Assembly: GCF_963921235.1 (NCBI RefSeq)
Contig: NC_086097.1
Location: forward strand, 156,242,001 to 156,306,000
Length of the DNA: 64,000 nt
DNA from: Mobula hypostoma
Lineage: Eukaryota
Direction of reading: 5' to 3'
Shown: piece by piece, positions 35,459 to 48,786 of the stretch
Layout of the letters: every line of letters starts with the position of its first letter
Position numbering within the stretch: the stretch's first letter is position 1
Notes under the pieces: model-generated
Told to the model about the DNA's origin: nothing
The model's database searches: none
The model's input: only the letters and a program-made list of their open reading frames with translations
Program-made: the position numbers and the translations under genes

Positions 35459-37059
35459 CTGGAGCACATTATTTGAATGGCAATTTATCACTCTGAGGTG
35501 CATGTTCCTACACAAGTGAAGGTGAGGACCTTTTTGGTTCTGACACAAGCCCATCTATTTTAAAATCATAAGTTCTGGCATAATCTCTTTCCTTCTGCTT
35601 CACTCACATGTGTGGAACATGCTGTAGCGTTAAGTATTGGTTTCTGCAAATACAGATGTGCTCAGGCACAACTATCCCTTCATTGACTGCAGATTTAGCA
35701 CTTACAGTATAAATGGTGCATTTCAATAAGGAATTGATAAATCTGCAACAATTGGCTCCATTTTGCATCTTCTCATCATTTGTCATCAATTCTTAAAATA
35801 TATTACGTCCTTATTTGGCTGAAGTTGTCCCAGTTTTAATTAACTTAAGAGAAAAATTGACTTTTTCCCTCCTGCAATGAAATTGAAGCTGGAAAATACC
35901 ACATCTTTTCCATTTAGTTACATTTAATAAGCATCTTAAAAAGTAATTGATTACTAAAGCATAGAACGTTGTAGATCTTAGTAGGGTAAAGGGAATTTGT
36001 GTAGACAGGTATGACAGGTGGCATATGGACATTCTGGGCTGAAGGGCCTGTTTCTGTGCCATACAGCCCTGACTTTTTCCAATGAATTAGACAGCATATT
36101 GACTTGAAACTAATAATGAAAACATTGTGCTTTGACATACTTCAGTGCTGTGTCAGACAGAATTAGAACAGACAGACTTGATTCTATTGAAAGCTTCAGT
36201 AGAAGATTGACTTGAAGTTCTTTATTAGGGTACTCAGAGTGTTTTATAATACTTAAAGTATTGTTGCTCCAATACCTTTACAAATATTCGGATAGTGACA
36301 TTGCAGCATATGCAACCAGTTTTCTCTTGTAAATCAATTTTATCCTAACTCAAAATGAATGCAAGACAAAATATTCTTTACCATTAGTTCAGATTGGTTG
36401 TATTCAATAATTCATGCTCTTATTCAGAAAAAATGAGTGTTTAATTGCACATACATCCATTGTCTTAATTTTATGTTCTATTTGATATACGCTGCCACAT
36501 ATTTTGTTATGCCACGTATTGTAACATCTTCTACTTCTGTGTGTCCTTTGCATTTATATGGATCTATTTCAGTCACCTATATGCAGTACTGTTCAAATAA
36601 AACCAGCAAATCCTGCAGATACTCAGTAGTGACAGCACCATTGATTTTTATAATGAATTTCACTTAAAACAAAACCTTTAGCATTTAGCAGCAAGATTAA
36701 AAAATGCCTGCAGCAGTAGTGGGAAAATGTTAGATATTTTCATAAATATTGAAGGAGGTAGATGTTGAAGAGTTGTTTGAAGATGGAGCAAGAGATGGTC
36801 ATCTGGGAGGGAATAGGATACAAATTTAACTCCTAGGACACATAAACGCTGTAAAATGTTTAAATGGATAACCTGTCTTTCATTTTACAAATATTATGGA
36901 GTAGGCTTCTGACTCAGTCACGGGAAGTGGATCATAAAGTCAAATATTTAAAGGAGGCTTTGAACCTTCTTTCTGCAAATACAACTGCAAACCAGATTTC
37001 TTACTCCTGAAGAAACCAGGGAGATATAAAAGGACTGGAAGCATTGAGATGTATAGCAC

Positions 37060-38440
37060 AGAAGTAAGCCCTTTGGCCTTACTAGTTCAATACATATAAA
37101 TTCACTGACACACAACTGTTGTTGGCAGAATCGCATATGGTGATGACTAGGCATACAGAAGTCAGATAGATTGGTTGGTTGGTTGACTAGTGTTGCAACA
37201 AAGCTTTGCACTCAGTGTCAGTAAAACTAAGGAATTGATTGTGGACTTCAGGAAGGAGAATTCAGGAAAACACAGATCAGTCCTCACCAAGTGGTCAGCA
37301 GTGGAAAGGGTGAGCAGATTCAAGTTCCTGGGCATCAACAACTTAGACGATTTATCCTCTAACTTAAGCAGCTATACTTAATGAGGAATTTGAGATTATT
37401 AAGTCACCAAAGACCCTAGCAAATTTCTACAGATGTAATATGGGGAACATTGTAACTGGTTGCATTATTACCTAATGCAGAGACTCCAATGCTGAGTACT
37501 GAAAAATGCAAAGGGTTGTACACTCAGCCAGTTCCATCATGGACATTAGCCTCATAAACATCAACAACATCTTCAAAAGACTATAACACATAAGAGTGGA
37601 ATTAAGCCATTAACTTATTGACTCCGCTCCACCATTTCATCATGGCTGATCCCAGATCCCATTCAACCCCATACACACGCCCTCTCACTATATCCCTTGA
37701 TGCCCCGACCAATCAGGAATCTATCAACTTCTTCAAATATACCCACGGACTTGGTCTTCACCGCAGTCTGTAGAAGAGCATTCCACAGATTCACCACTCT
37801 TTGGCTTAAAAAAAATCCTCCTTACTTCTGTTCCAAAAGGTTGTCCCCCAATTTTGAGGTTGTGACCTCTGGTTCTGGACACCCTCACCAGAGGAAACAT
37901 CCTCTCCGCATGCACCTTATCTATCGTCCTTTCAACATTCAGTAGGTTTCAAGGAGATCCCCACATATGCTTCTAAAGTCCAGTGAGGACAGGCCCAAAG
38001 CTGACAAATGCTCCTCATATGTTAACTGCTTCATTCCTGGAATCATCCTTGTGAACCTCCTCTGGACTCTGTCCAATGACGGTACACCCTTTCTGAGATA
38101 AAGTGCCCAAAGCTGTTCACAATACTTGAATTACAGTCTGACTAGTGTCTTATAATCATCCATGACATGCCCTTTTCTCATTACTACCATCAGGGAAGAG
38201 GTACAGGTGTCTGGGGCTGCACCCTCAATGTTTAAGCATTGAGTTTCTTCACCTCCACCATCAGATTTCTGAATGGTCCATGAACCATGTACACTACCTT
38301 AATGTTCTGCTCACTTTCTGCACTTTTTTAATATATTATTTATTATGACTTATGTTTTTATGTATTGCACTGTACTGTTTTCAGAGAACAGCAAATTTCA
38401 TGACATATGTCAGTGATAATATACCTGAATCTGATTCTGA
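37060..38440 (+). mobile_element. Rex1/Babar-like LINE 3' part, interrupted by a CR1
   Basis: TTVVGRI, SKTKELIVDFRK, VERVSRFKFLG; tail TGAATCTGATTCTGA. Confidence 0.75.
37580..38153 (-). mobile_element. CR1 3' fragment nested in the Rex1-like LINE
   Basis: ERMFPLVRVSRTRGHNLKI...RTEVRR-like on minus strand; tail at about 37580. Confidence 0.85.
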
Positions 38441-38902
38441 TCAAGCTGCCCCGTCCAATCTAGTCCCATTTGTCAGCATTTAGCCCATAATTTTCTAATC
38501 CTTTCCAATCCATGTACCTGTCCACCTGTCTTTTATGAGTCATTATTTAAACAGCTCACCACATCTTTTGGCAGCTGATTCTGCACACATACTACCCTTT
38601 GAGTACAAAATATACTCCTAAAGTTTATCTTAATTCTTTTCCTCTCACCTTAAATTTGAACCCACTAGTTCTTCATTCCCCAACACTGGGGGAAAAAGAC
38701 TTAATGCTTTCATCCTATCTATACCCCTCATGATTTTATACATCTCCATAGCATCACTTCTTAATCTCCTGCACTCCAAGGAATGAAGTCCTAGCTTGTC
38801 CAACTACTCCCTATAAATAAAACCCTCAAGTCCTGACAAGCAACATACATCGAAGTTGCTGGTGAACACAGCAGGCCAAGCAGCATCTATAGGAAGAGGC
38901 GC

Positions 38903-38938
38903 AGTCGACGTTTCAGGCCGAGACCCTTCGTCAGGACT
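38903..38938 (-). ncRNA. Minimal type I hammerhead ribozyme, intact core
   Basis: Reverse complement AGTC-CTGACGA-AGGGTCTCGGCCT-GAAA-CG-TC-GACT: CUGANGA and GAAA boxes, GUC cleavage triplet, stems I and II. Confidence 0.75.
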
Positions 38939-39004
38939 AACTGAAGGAAGAGTGAGTAAGGGATTTGAAAGCTTTCAAATCCCTTACTCACTCTTCCTTC
39001 AGTT

Positions 39005-39040
39005 AGTCCTGACGAAGGGTCTCAGCCTGAAACGTCGACT
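39005..39040 (+). ncRNA. Minimal type I hammerhead ribozyme, intact core
   Basis: AGTC-CTGACGA-AGGGTCTCAGCCT-GAAA-CG-TC-GACT; predicted cleavage after C39036. Confidence 0.75.
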
Positions 39041-39309
39041 GCGCCTCTTCCTATAGATGCTGCTTGGCCTGCTGCGTTCACCAGCAACTTTGATGTATGT
39101 TGCTTGAATTTCCAGCATCTGCAGAATTCCTGTTGTTTGCGTTTAAAAGTCCTGACAAGATCCTTTACATCCTTTCTGCACTCTTTCTAGTAGGAGAGCA
39201 ACCGAAAGAGAATACTATGACCCAACTATGCCTCACCAACATCCAGTACAACTGCACTATGACACACAATGTTGTATTTAGTACCCTGGCTTATGAAGGC
39301 CAGCATGCC

Positions 39310-39724
39310 TGTGGTGGTTACTTGAAAAACAAACCAAAATCGCTGAGAGACTGAGCGAGGGATTTAACACTGTAAGATACGCTTCCAAATAACTGAGTTC
39401 CAAGCCAAAATAACTGTGTTCGATTCTTTATTATGACACCAGCAGAGATGAACAATCTAATGTACCACTATCATCAAACCTAGCGGAATTAGTAAAGTGA
39501 GTAAAGTAACAAAATAGGCAAAATGAGAGTAATTAGCAATCAACAAAAATATTGATTCCGTGGCTCACCCCCTCTCAACTAAACTAGCTAACAAGGACAA
39601 ATCGCGAATATATGACTATACTCATTTGCTTCCACCCCCAACCAATGTGAAAATCACTTAATCCATAATAAAACTACACAACAAAAATTCCATACAAACA
39701 GAAAATATATACATGTCTCCTTCA
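39310..39724 (-). repeat. 3' LTR of BEL copy 2
   Basis: Aligns along its length with 45958-46373; polypurine tract (reverse complement GGGGCTGGGA) adjacent at 39725-39734. Confidence 0.9.
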
Positions 39725-40461
39725 TCCCAGCCCCTACTTACTACACTATAATAATTACAACTACATACTACAAAATAGGAGATATGAAATCTTTGAGGAT
39801 AGACATCTTAACATCTGTGCTCTTTCTTCTTTCTTCCTCAAGTCCCCGTCATATAACAGTCATCTAGGCCAGAGGTTACCAGCACTTAGCTCAGTACAGA
39901 GTGATCTTGACCACCTCCTCTCTCAAGTTAAGTTGAAGTCATAAAGTCAAATAACCCAAGTCAATGAAGATTCTAAAGCTGTAGCTCCTCAAACCTCTGC
40001 CTCCTGTAGAAGGGAGATCTTGTTCACAGGCCTGGCCAGACAGCTGGTTTTGGTCTTTATGCACATCTGTCATACAAATCTTCAGTCTCAAAACACTTGA
40101 ATGGCTCTTCTGATGATCCATGAGCTACAAGGCACTGAGTCATCAACTATAAACACAATGTCTCCTGGGAAGAAATTGCACTTTATACCTGACCATTTCT
40201 AATGTTCCTGTAATTGTGGTAAACACTCCTTGACCCACTATTTCCAAAACAATTTTGACATGTACATGACCTACTTCCATTTAGAATGGACATAAATATC
40301 TACCTTTTGGAACTCTACTGGTGGTAAGAATGCTGTGGAATTCAGAAGGTTGGGTGCTAGTGCTTCCAATTTGTTGGGATCAGAGGATGCCTTAGTAATT
40401 GGACGACCATTGATAATAACCTACACTTTGCAAAGGACTGTGTGGAAACTTGTTTCATCAA

Positions 40462-40954
40462 GGATGAAAGAATATAGAGAAAATTTCCAAGATGTTGCTG
40501 GGTCCAGAAGACTTGAGTTATAGGGAAAGATTGAATAGGATAGGACTTATTCTTTAGAATGGAGAAGATTGAGAGGAGATTTGGTAGAGGTATACAGAAC
40601 TATGAGGGGTATAGATAGGGTAAGTGCAAGAAGGATTTTTCCACTGATGTTGTGTGGGGCTACAACCAGAGGTCATGGGTTAAGGGTGAAAGGTGAGAAG
40701 TTTGAGGGGAACATGAGGGGAAACTTCAATCAGAAGGATGAGAGAGTGTGGAATGAGGTACCAGTATAAGAGGTGCATGCGAGCTTGACTTCAATGTTGA
40801 AGAGAAGTTTGGATAGGTACATGGATGGTAGGGATATGAAGGGCTATGGTTCCGGTGCAGGTCTAAGAGAGTAGGCAGGCTAAATGGTTTTGGCATGGAC
40901 TAGATGGGCTGAAAGGCCTGTGTCTGTGTCGTACTTCTCTGTCTCGATGATTCT
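40462..40954 (+). mobile_element. CR1 3' fragment nested in BEL copy 2 integrase
   Basis: RGDLVEVYRTMRGIDRV...TRGHGLRVKG; ATCAA duplicated at 40457-40461 and 40955-40959. Confidence 0.9.
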
Positions 40955-43900
40955 ATCAATATTCTATACCTACATAGTGGAATTAAGGAGCTTTCACATA
41001 GACCTAATCAGTCTCCCCCATGTTCTCACATGATAACTGGAGAATTAATCTGGAAATCCCTTTCTTTGATAAATCCCAATGATCTTTATTTCTGCCTTTC
41101 TGAGCTCCTCCACAGAGAGAAAACCTCGGCTGATCTGACCTTCAGCCTCTTCAATCTCTCCCTCCAAAGAATATCCTTGTTGTTCTTCATCCAAGTCAGA
41201 CTGAGCAACTGCAAAGTTCAATTGCTTCCTCTTCTGAATAAGAAAGGAGAGCAGCTTCTTAAATCTAATAACCCAGGCCACTGTCTTCCTCAAATGGGTC
41301 CAAGATGAGAAATGATTGATCATACATGTTACCACAACCACCTCCTTTTCCGTCTGCACGACATTCATTGCAACACTCCTCTTGACTCCTGCATCATCTG
41401 GTAGGAGCTCTCCAGAACAATTAGGATTTACAAGCCATTCTCTTTCAGGCTGAAGAAAATATTGAGGGCCTGACACCCATGTTTCATTCTTCAGGAATGC
41501 TTCCACCTTTAACCCTCTGGAGGTTACAGCTGCCGGGTTGTGAGACCTTAAGAATTTCTGAAACTCCATTTGCAAAGAAGGATCAGAAGCTGGGAGTTTC
41601 ATTCTTGATGTATTTCAGCACAGAAGTACTATCAGTCCAAAAAAACTGACTCAGGAAGCTGCATCTGCAAATCCTTCCTCCATAGTGTGTCCATATGGCT
41701 TGCCATCATAGCAGAGGTAAGCTCCATATGAGGGATAGAAACTGACTTTAATGAGCTACCCTAGATTTTTCCATGATAAAACATTGTGCACCTGGGAGCA
41801 CATGTTGTGCAACATTAGGTAGGTCATTGCTACATAGTCATCTTTGTTCGTATCTGGAAAGTGGTGTAACTGTGCAGCAGTATCTTCTCCTAAATCCAGG
41901 GCTTCAAACATCTAACAACCTTGAAGTCTTCCAACTAGCAGAGTTCTTCCATCCAGCTTGCCCACTCATGAGTAATTGATGTTGTTATAGTATCATCCCA
42001 GCCCAACCCTTTCTTACATAGATCTTGTAGGATCTTCTTAGCAGACAGCACCACCAGACTCAAAATTCCTATAGAATTATAGATGGAACTAACTGTGGAG
42101 ATGATCCTTCTTTTGGTGGGTGGCCTATCTTGGATCGTAATCTTGAAATTGAAAGTAACAGACTGTATGCACCATTGCCCACCCAATATCTCTCCACTAC
42201 AGATATACCTTAACCCAAATTCAAATGCTTCACATCTTTTGCTCTTTGCTCTTCTGCAAACCAGCAAGTACACTATGTCTGTTGCTTATCCATTTTGTCA
42301 ACCCAAAGCCACCTTTAGCACAAATAGATACAAGGTCATGATAGAGAGACACTGTTTCTTCCTCAGAGGGCACTGACACAAGGAAGCCATCAACATAGAA
42401 GCATTGCACATCCTTATCCATTGTCTTGCTGTTGAACTGTTTCTCTATGTCTTCTGTGCATTTCCTAAGGATGAAGTTGCTCCAAAGCGATGTACCACTA
42501 TTCTAAAGTCCACCATACATGGTTGAGGTCACCATCAGACCACCAAAGAAAACTCAGCAGATCTTCACCTTCCGCTGGTACCTGATGAAACATTGAAACA
42601 TCTGCCATGGCCACAACTAGTTCTTTTCTGAATCTGGTTATGAATCTAATCAATGAGCTAGTTAAATCTGGTACCTGTAAGTGCCAAGCATTCAGTGATA
42701 TTCCCTGAAAAGTCACTCCACAGTCAAAGACAAAATTTCCCTTTTTTGGGATGGTAAATACCATGATGTGGAATATACCAGACTTTCCCATCACTGTATT
42801 CCAGATCCTCCGCTGACACTCTTTCAGCATAATCTTTGGAGATGATATTCTTAATGAAAGCTGTGTAGTCAGTGTAAAACAACAAATTCTTCTTCAACCT
42901 CTTTCATAGATTTAGAAATTTAGAATTTAGATTTCTGTTCTGAAATCTTCCTGTTATTTGACATGCTTACCTTCTTCATTCTCAAAGGTAAACTAATCTG
43001 CTAGTGAACATCAACCAGTTTTGCAGAATTCGTAACCATCTCCGTGAATTTGAGGTCTTGCCTTTACAAAAGTTGTTTATCCTGACTGTATTCGGGGCAG
43101 TCTGTCTTGAACTGCCCCTGCCAAAGCTAATCGAAGTTCAAAACTGAGATCCTGTCAGCTGTCAGCTCAGGCTGTGCAGTGTCTCTCCCATCACCACTGT
43201 TTCCTTTCAGTGATCCATTCCCAATCTAACCCAACAGTGTTCTAATTTCATAGGTCCATTATTAACACTATGAATCACTTGCAACGGCTCTAAAATTTTA
43301 GCTAGATTTGTCCCTAGCGGCAGCTCAGTTTCGAAATCAATCTCTGGCAAATGGACATGTTTCAGGAGAGGCCATCCCTGGAGAACCCTCTGTTGTCAAA
43401 TGTTCCTCTTGTCATCGAATGGCAGTGTATAGATGTGGACTGGCAAATATAGAGATGTTAGGAAGTTCACAATAGTTTCCATTATCTAAGTCAGCCCAAT
43501 CCTGAAATAAATTAGCTACTCACGATCTTCTCTTGAATACGTTTTCTTTTTCCAGTGAGATTGACTTGTTCACGAGGCCCACTGTGCAGAACTCTGCTGT
43601 ACTCCGTTGATCTAGGAAAGCATAAGTAACCACTATCAGGTTACCCTTCTTAGTCTTCACGTAGTGGATATATAGGATGTTTATTATAATGATTGCTATC
43701 CCTTGTAAGACTATTGGACACCAGGGCACCACTCACTGCTGTGTCTGATTCTTTCACAGCTTGTTTTGTTTCTGCATCCCTTTTGTTCGAATGAATATGA
43801 AGTATTCTGGGATGTTTGCAACTGCAAACCTTGCATGAAAGACAGTTTCTGAATTCCTTTCTATGTGCCCTGTACACAAACAGCCGAAGCAAACACCATT

Positions 43901-45957
43901 TCCCTTTAGAAAGGCAATCTTTTCAATATGAGTCTTTTCTCCAACTGAGTGTCCAAATCCAATGTATGGTCACCCTCGCAGAACAGACAAACTCTCTCGG
44001 CTGATGAAACTATTTCCCTTCCATTAGTTCCAGGTTCAGTTTTAGCTTTATTTCTCACAGCAGCCACAGTAGTGGCAAAGCTGCTTCTTTTCGCCTTAGA
44101 ATGACATTGTGACCTAGTTCTGTTTACACATTGCTTATTGCAGTTTGCACTTTGCTTATGTAGCATCCTGTATGCTCCCAGACATTGGATCTGTTGCAAA
44201 CTTTACTTGCCTTTCAATAAAATCAACATCAGAAAAAGTAGTCTTACAGTTGTACCTTTCTTGCAGTTCACAGAGCACCATTTTCCATTTACCCTAAGCA
44301 TATAGGACAACTTATTTGTTGCAATCGACATATGGGCAGTCACGTCCAGCTCACGCATGTACTGCACTTCTTTCATAGCATTATAAAACCCTGTAAGAAA
44401 AGTCTGTAGTCTTGAAGAGCTTTCACATCTTTGGATTTGATAGATATCCAAGAAAGAGTCTTTTGTATGAAGGCAGATGTAATTTTCTGTTCCACACCAA
44501 AATGCTCCTGTAGAAAAGCCTTAGCTTTGACATATCCTTTTATCAGGCAAACATGCTGGCAACTACTGATCAGTTCTCTAGGATGTCCCCTCGTGTTCAG
44601 TTGAAGGAAATAGAGGCAGTCACTATGTTTTCAAAGACCTTCATGAATGCATGATACTGCAATGGAATGCTTTCAAAAGGTAAAGATGAAATTCATTGCT
44701 GTTGTAGCAAGAAGATTGTTATTTCATTTTCCTTCCTCATAATATCCATCATTCTATTTTGATCTCTATCATCTGAAACAAGAGTGTTTCCATGCTGTAA
44801 GTGAATGTCTCCATGAGCACTTTGAGCTGTTGAATATGACATAGGTTCAGAGTGCCTCACTTTTAGCATTCACAATGGTTGAAGCCCTTGGTTCCTTAAT
44901 TTTAACCATATGTGTGGCAATTTCTTCCTTCAACTTAAGCTGTTCCTTCATTTTCTGTAGTTGTTCCTCTTGCTCTTCCAGCATTTGTTTGCCCTTCAAA
45001 AATTGATGACATACTATTAATGCTGCTAAATCAGCCTCTGTTTTAATACTTGCAGAGGAGGGAGTAGATACAGAACATTTTCTTCCTGCAGCAGAGAATC
45101 AAGTGTTGACATTTGATGAACTGTCATTTGGTGTCATATCATCTTGTAGGTCATCTGTGATATTTGTAGTCAAAACATGCCATGGAGTTTGAGAGACATT
45201 GTTGGAAGGTGAGACACATCTTTACTTACTGCAGCAACATGACCTTCACTGTAACATGTATGGGACAGCTATTATTTCACATCCTCTTTGAAAGCACTGC
45301 TATAGCTACCAATGTTTGAAAAACATTAATTCCGTTTGTTTTCCCCTGCTCATCCTTGAGAAGCAAATAAATTAGTATTTGATGTTTCTTAGCAGCATCT
45401 TAAGATGAGATTGCAGTTGTAAGGCATTTTCCTTCCTTTTCATAAGATTCTTAATTAATGATATTAAACCTTTAATTTTGTTCATATTTGTTTTACATTC
45501 CTTTTGAAGATTTTCAATGCTTTGTTACTTTCTCCAATAAGAAATAATAAGTTGTGCAATTAACTTTTTGTTCATCCACAGCACAAATTCAAAATGCACC
45601 GGCTATATTCTGTGCAATAAATGTAAGCAAAAAAACAAACTGTCCATGCATCCACAGCACTTCACCCAGATCAAATAAGTGGCATTCAATTCAAATGTCA
45701 ACAACCAGAAGAATTTTTCAGCACTTCAGTAAAACAAAGCGATGAACCCTTGGACATACACCACACGACTGAGCAACAGTCCCCAAAGGACAGACAGTAC
45801 TGACCATTCAAAACTGCGTTTAAACCACAAATACACAGCATGAATCAACAAAAGGTTGACATACTAAGTTACAACTCCAATTTTGCCAACAGGTACAAGG
45901 AAAACGTTTGCCATAAACTGGTTTTCATTTGGTATAATTATTTTTTGTTGACAAAAA

Positions 45958-46373
45958 TGTAGCAGTAACTTGAAAAAGAAACCAAAATTGCTCATTGAAG
46001 GAATTAGCACTGTGTGAAACTTTCAAATAACTGAGTTCCAAGTTGAAAAAGAACATGTGATTTTTTATTATGACACCAGTAAAGATGAACAATCTAATGT
46101 AGGAGTATTAATGAAACCAGCAGAATTAGTGAAATAAGTAGTGTAATGAAATAAGCGAAGTGAGAGTAATTCACAGTTAACAAAAAATATTCATTCCCTG
46201 CCTCACACTTCCCAAATAAACTAAACTAACGAGGACAAAGAGTGAATATGTGGCTATACTCATTTCCTTCTACCACACTCCAACCCATGTAACAAATTAT
46301 CCTAACCCATAATAGAAACACACAACACAAAATAAAATACAGACAGACAGAAAATAGGTACATGGCTCCTACA
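45958..46373 (-). repeat. 5' LTR of BEL copy 2
   Basis: Reverse complement starts TGTAGGAGCCATG (identical to the start at 3052) and ends TTACTGCTACA. Confidence 0.9.
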
Positions 46374-47149
46374 ATGCCAAGACTTTATCTATCTGTTAAT
46401 CCACTTACAGGAAACCACATTATGATTGGTGTGACACCATTCTTTTTGACTTCAGAGAAAGAGTGGTTCAGATACTGCAAGATATTTCAGATACGCGTGG
46501 ATAATGGTGAGAATTCAAACTGCAGTGATATACATACAGTGTCCCAATTTTACAGCACATAAGCCGCAAACCTACAATTCAGATTGGAGCTGACTGAGAG
46601 GAGACAAATAGGTTGCGGGGGGGGGGGAATCCTAAGATTTGGTCAATGAGATCAAGCATTCTTATCAATGAGTTACTGTATACTATATGAGACATTCTGC
46701 ATGCTGGAGACTGAGATGGCAGTCTAGAAAACAAAGTCATGAGGATTCCCAGTTAATCAGTGCACAAATAATTTTCACTTCCTCATAAAATATGACAAAG
46801 ACAAATTTCCAGCTTCCAAACGTTGTTTCTTGTTTGTTCCTTGTTTCCTATAATTGTGCAAGAACCAGTTTTCTCAAGGTCTGCTTTACTGCTGTGTTTC
46901 ATCCAGTGATTTCACACTCTGGATGAGTCATGGGCACACTTTGCTACTTTGGCTTTCAAGAGACGTCTGGATTGTTTCACACTTATTCGACTATCTAAGG
47001 AATGGTGTATGCACACCATTTACATTTCCGAACACAGGACAATGAAAACTCAATATTTCTATTAACAAACATCATGTTATGAGCAGTTATGATTTCACAA
47101 TTGGGAAAATCTTAAATGGACTTTTGTGCATTTGTATTTACTTGGGAGA

Positions 47150-48170
47150 TAGACGCAAATTCTATCGAACTGAGTCAAAACGGTAGTGAGGTCATGTACT
47201 GTATTCAGATTACAGAAGAGGAGGTAATTGCTGTTTTATAGAAAATTAGGGTGGATAATTCCCCATGGCCTGACAAGATAACCCCTTGGACATATGGGAG
47301 GCTAATGCAGAAATGGCAGATGTATTTAAAGCATCCTTAACCATGGGTGATGTGCCAGAGGACTGGAAGATGGCTATTGTTCTTCTGTTGTTAGAGAAAG
47401 CTCCAGAAATCACGGAAATTATGGGCCAGTGAGCCTGACATCAGTAGGAGACAAATTACTGGAAGGTACTCTAAAGTACAAGACATTTAGTATTTGGATG
47501 GACAGAACCTGCTTGGGGTTAGTCTACATGGCTTTGTGCATGGTAGTTTGTAGCTAACCAATCTTGCAGAGTTTTTCGAGGAGTTTATTGAGAAAATTGA
47601 TAAAGGAAAGACAGTGGACATTGTCTACATTGACTCTAGCAAGACCTTTGACAAAGTCCCATGTTGTCCAACTTAGGAAGCTGATCATGAAAGTTCTGTC
47701 AATTGGCATTCTGGATGAAGTGGTGATGTGCTGAGGGATCAGTGTTTGTTCCAATGTTCTTTTATTATGAATATCAATGATTGAGAAGATCATGTCGTAA
47801 ACTGGATTAGCAAATTTGTGGATGACACCAAGTTTGGGGACATAGTGGATGGTGAACAAGACTATCAAAGCTTGTTTTAAGATTTTAATCAGTTGGAAAT
47901 ATGGTCTTAAAATGGCAGATGGAATTTAATACAGAAACGTGTGAGATATGGCACTTTGGGAGGAGAAACCAGGGTAGGATTTTCACGTGAGAGGGTAGAG
48001 CACAGAGGGGTACAGTAGAATAGAAGGATCTAGGAATACAATTTAATCATTCCTTGAAAATGACATCACAGATAGGTTTGTGAACAGAGATTATATCACA
48101 TTAGCTTTCATAAAGCAGAGTATTGAAGTGTAGGAGTTCATATTAAACAGAAATTGTATGAAATTAGACC
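47150..48170 (+). mobile_element. Degenerate CR1 RT fragment
   Basis: PVSLTSVG, LTNLAEFFEE, SKTFDKVP, WISKFVDDTK remnants. Confidence 0.85.
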
Positions 48171-48786
48171 TATAAAAAATGGAAAAGGTTATATGTGTGA
48201 AAAAAGTACATGATAATTGTGAATTCCTTATCCAAATAAAAATAAAATAAAAAAAAAGAAATTAGACCACTTAGATTTGTCTTGCTATTTTGAAACATTG
48301 TTGGAAAGTTCACAGTTTGGCTAGGGGCTTAGGTTGGCCTGTAGTGGAGTCTTGAACACTGCAGTTTGAATCCCATAGTCTTGGTTGCATCCAGAGGGCT
48401 AGATCATTTTTTGATATCACATGAAGTGAATTGTGCATGCACTTACATTATATCAGATATTCACTTTATTAAACTTTTATCATAGTGATAGAGCACATCC
48501 AAATGGAATCAGTGGATTACAGATTGTGTTTGATCAGTTGTTTGAAACATAAGTGATCTCTCATTCTCATGCTGATATCACTGCACAGAGTTTGAAATTA
48601 TAATTAAATGTAAACCTCTCACTGGGGCTTCTATACAGATTTGCCTCGTTAGTTAACTCTGCTAATTCAGCAGTGAGAAGGCCACCTTTCATAAACAATA
48701 TATACCTAGGATTGGTATAATTTGGGGTTCAGCCAAACAGGAACGTTCTGATATTCTGAAAGGAATGCTGATTTGAGTGAATGCTG

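Larger units (their letters stand above)
38841..39146. mobile_element. Palindromic (fold-back) Penelope 3'-repeat element
   Basis: Spacerless inverted repeat 38837-39106 centred on AAAG|CTTT; 13-bp TSD AAGTCCTGACAAG at 38828-38840 and 39147-39159. Confidence 0.93.
38445..39309 (-). mobile_element. Old CR1 3' fragment (continues at about 46374-46420); host of the palindromic element and BEL copy 2
   Basis: Colinear with the CR1 at 3900-4520 once the inserts are removed. Confidence 0.75.
39310..46373 (-). mobile_element. BEL/Pao LTR retrotransposon, copy 2 (decayed, both LTRs present)
   Basis: TG...CA termini; TSD ATGCC at 39305-39309 and 46374-46378; gag/pol remnants homologous to copy 1 (SSFATTVAAVRNKAKTEPGTNG, YAFLDQRST, DLTSSLIRFITRFRKE). 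Confidence 0.93.

Noticed and set aside
38841..39146. Palindrome as a MITE or a pre-miRNA
   Set aside because: Arms derive from the Penelope 3' repeat, the ends are asymmetric with an unpaired tail, and the TSD is long, which fits retrotransposition
40462..40954. Both BEL copies have an insertion in nearly the same integrase region
   Set aside because: Different elements about 100 bp apart in homologous coordinates; with n=2 in a repeat-dense region, chance is sufficient
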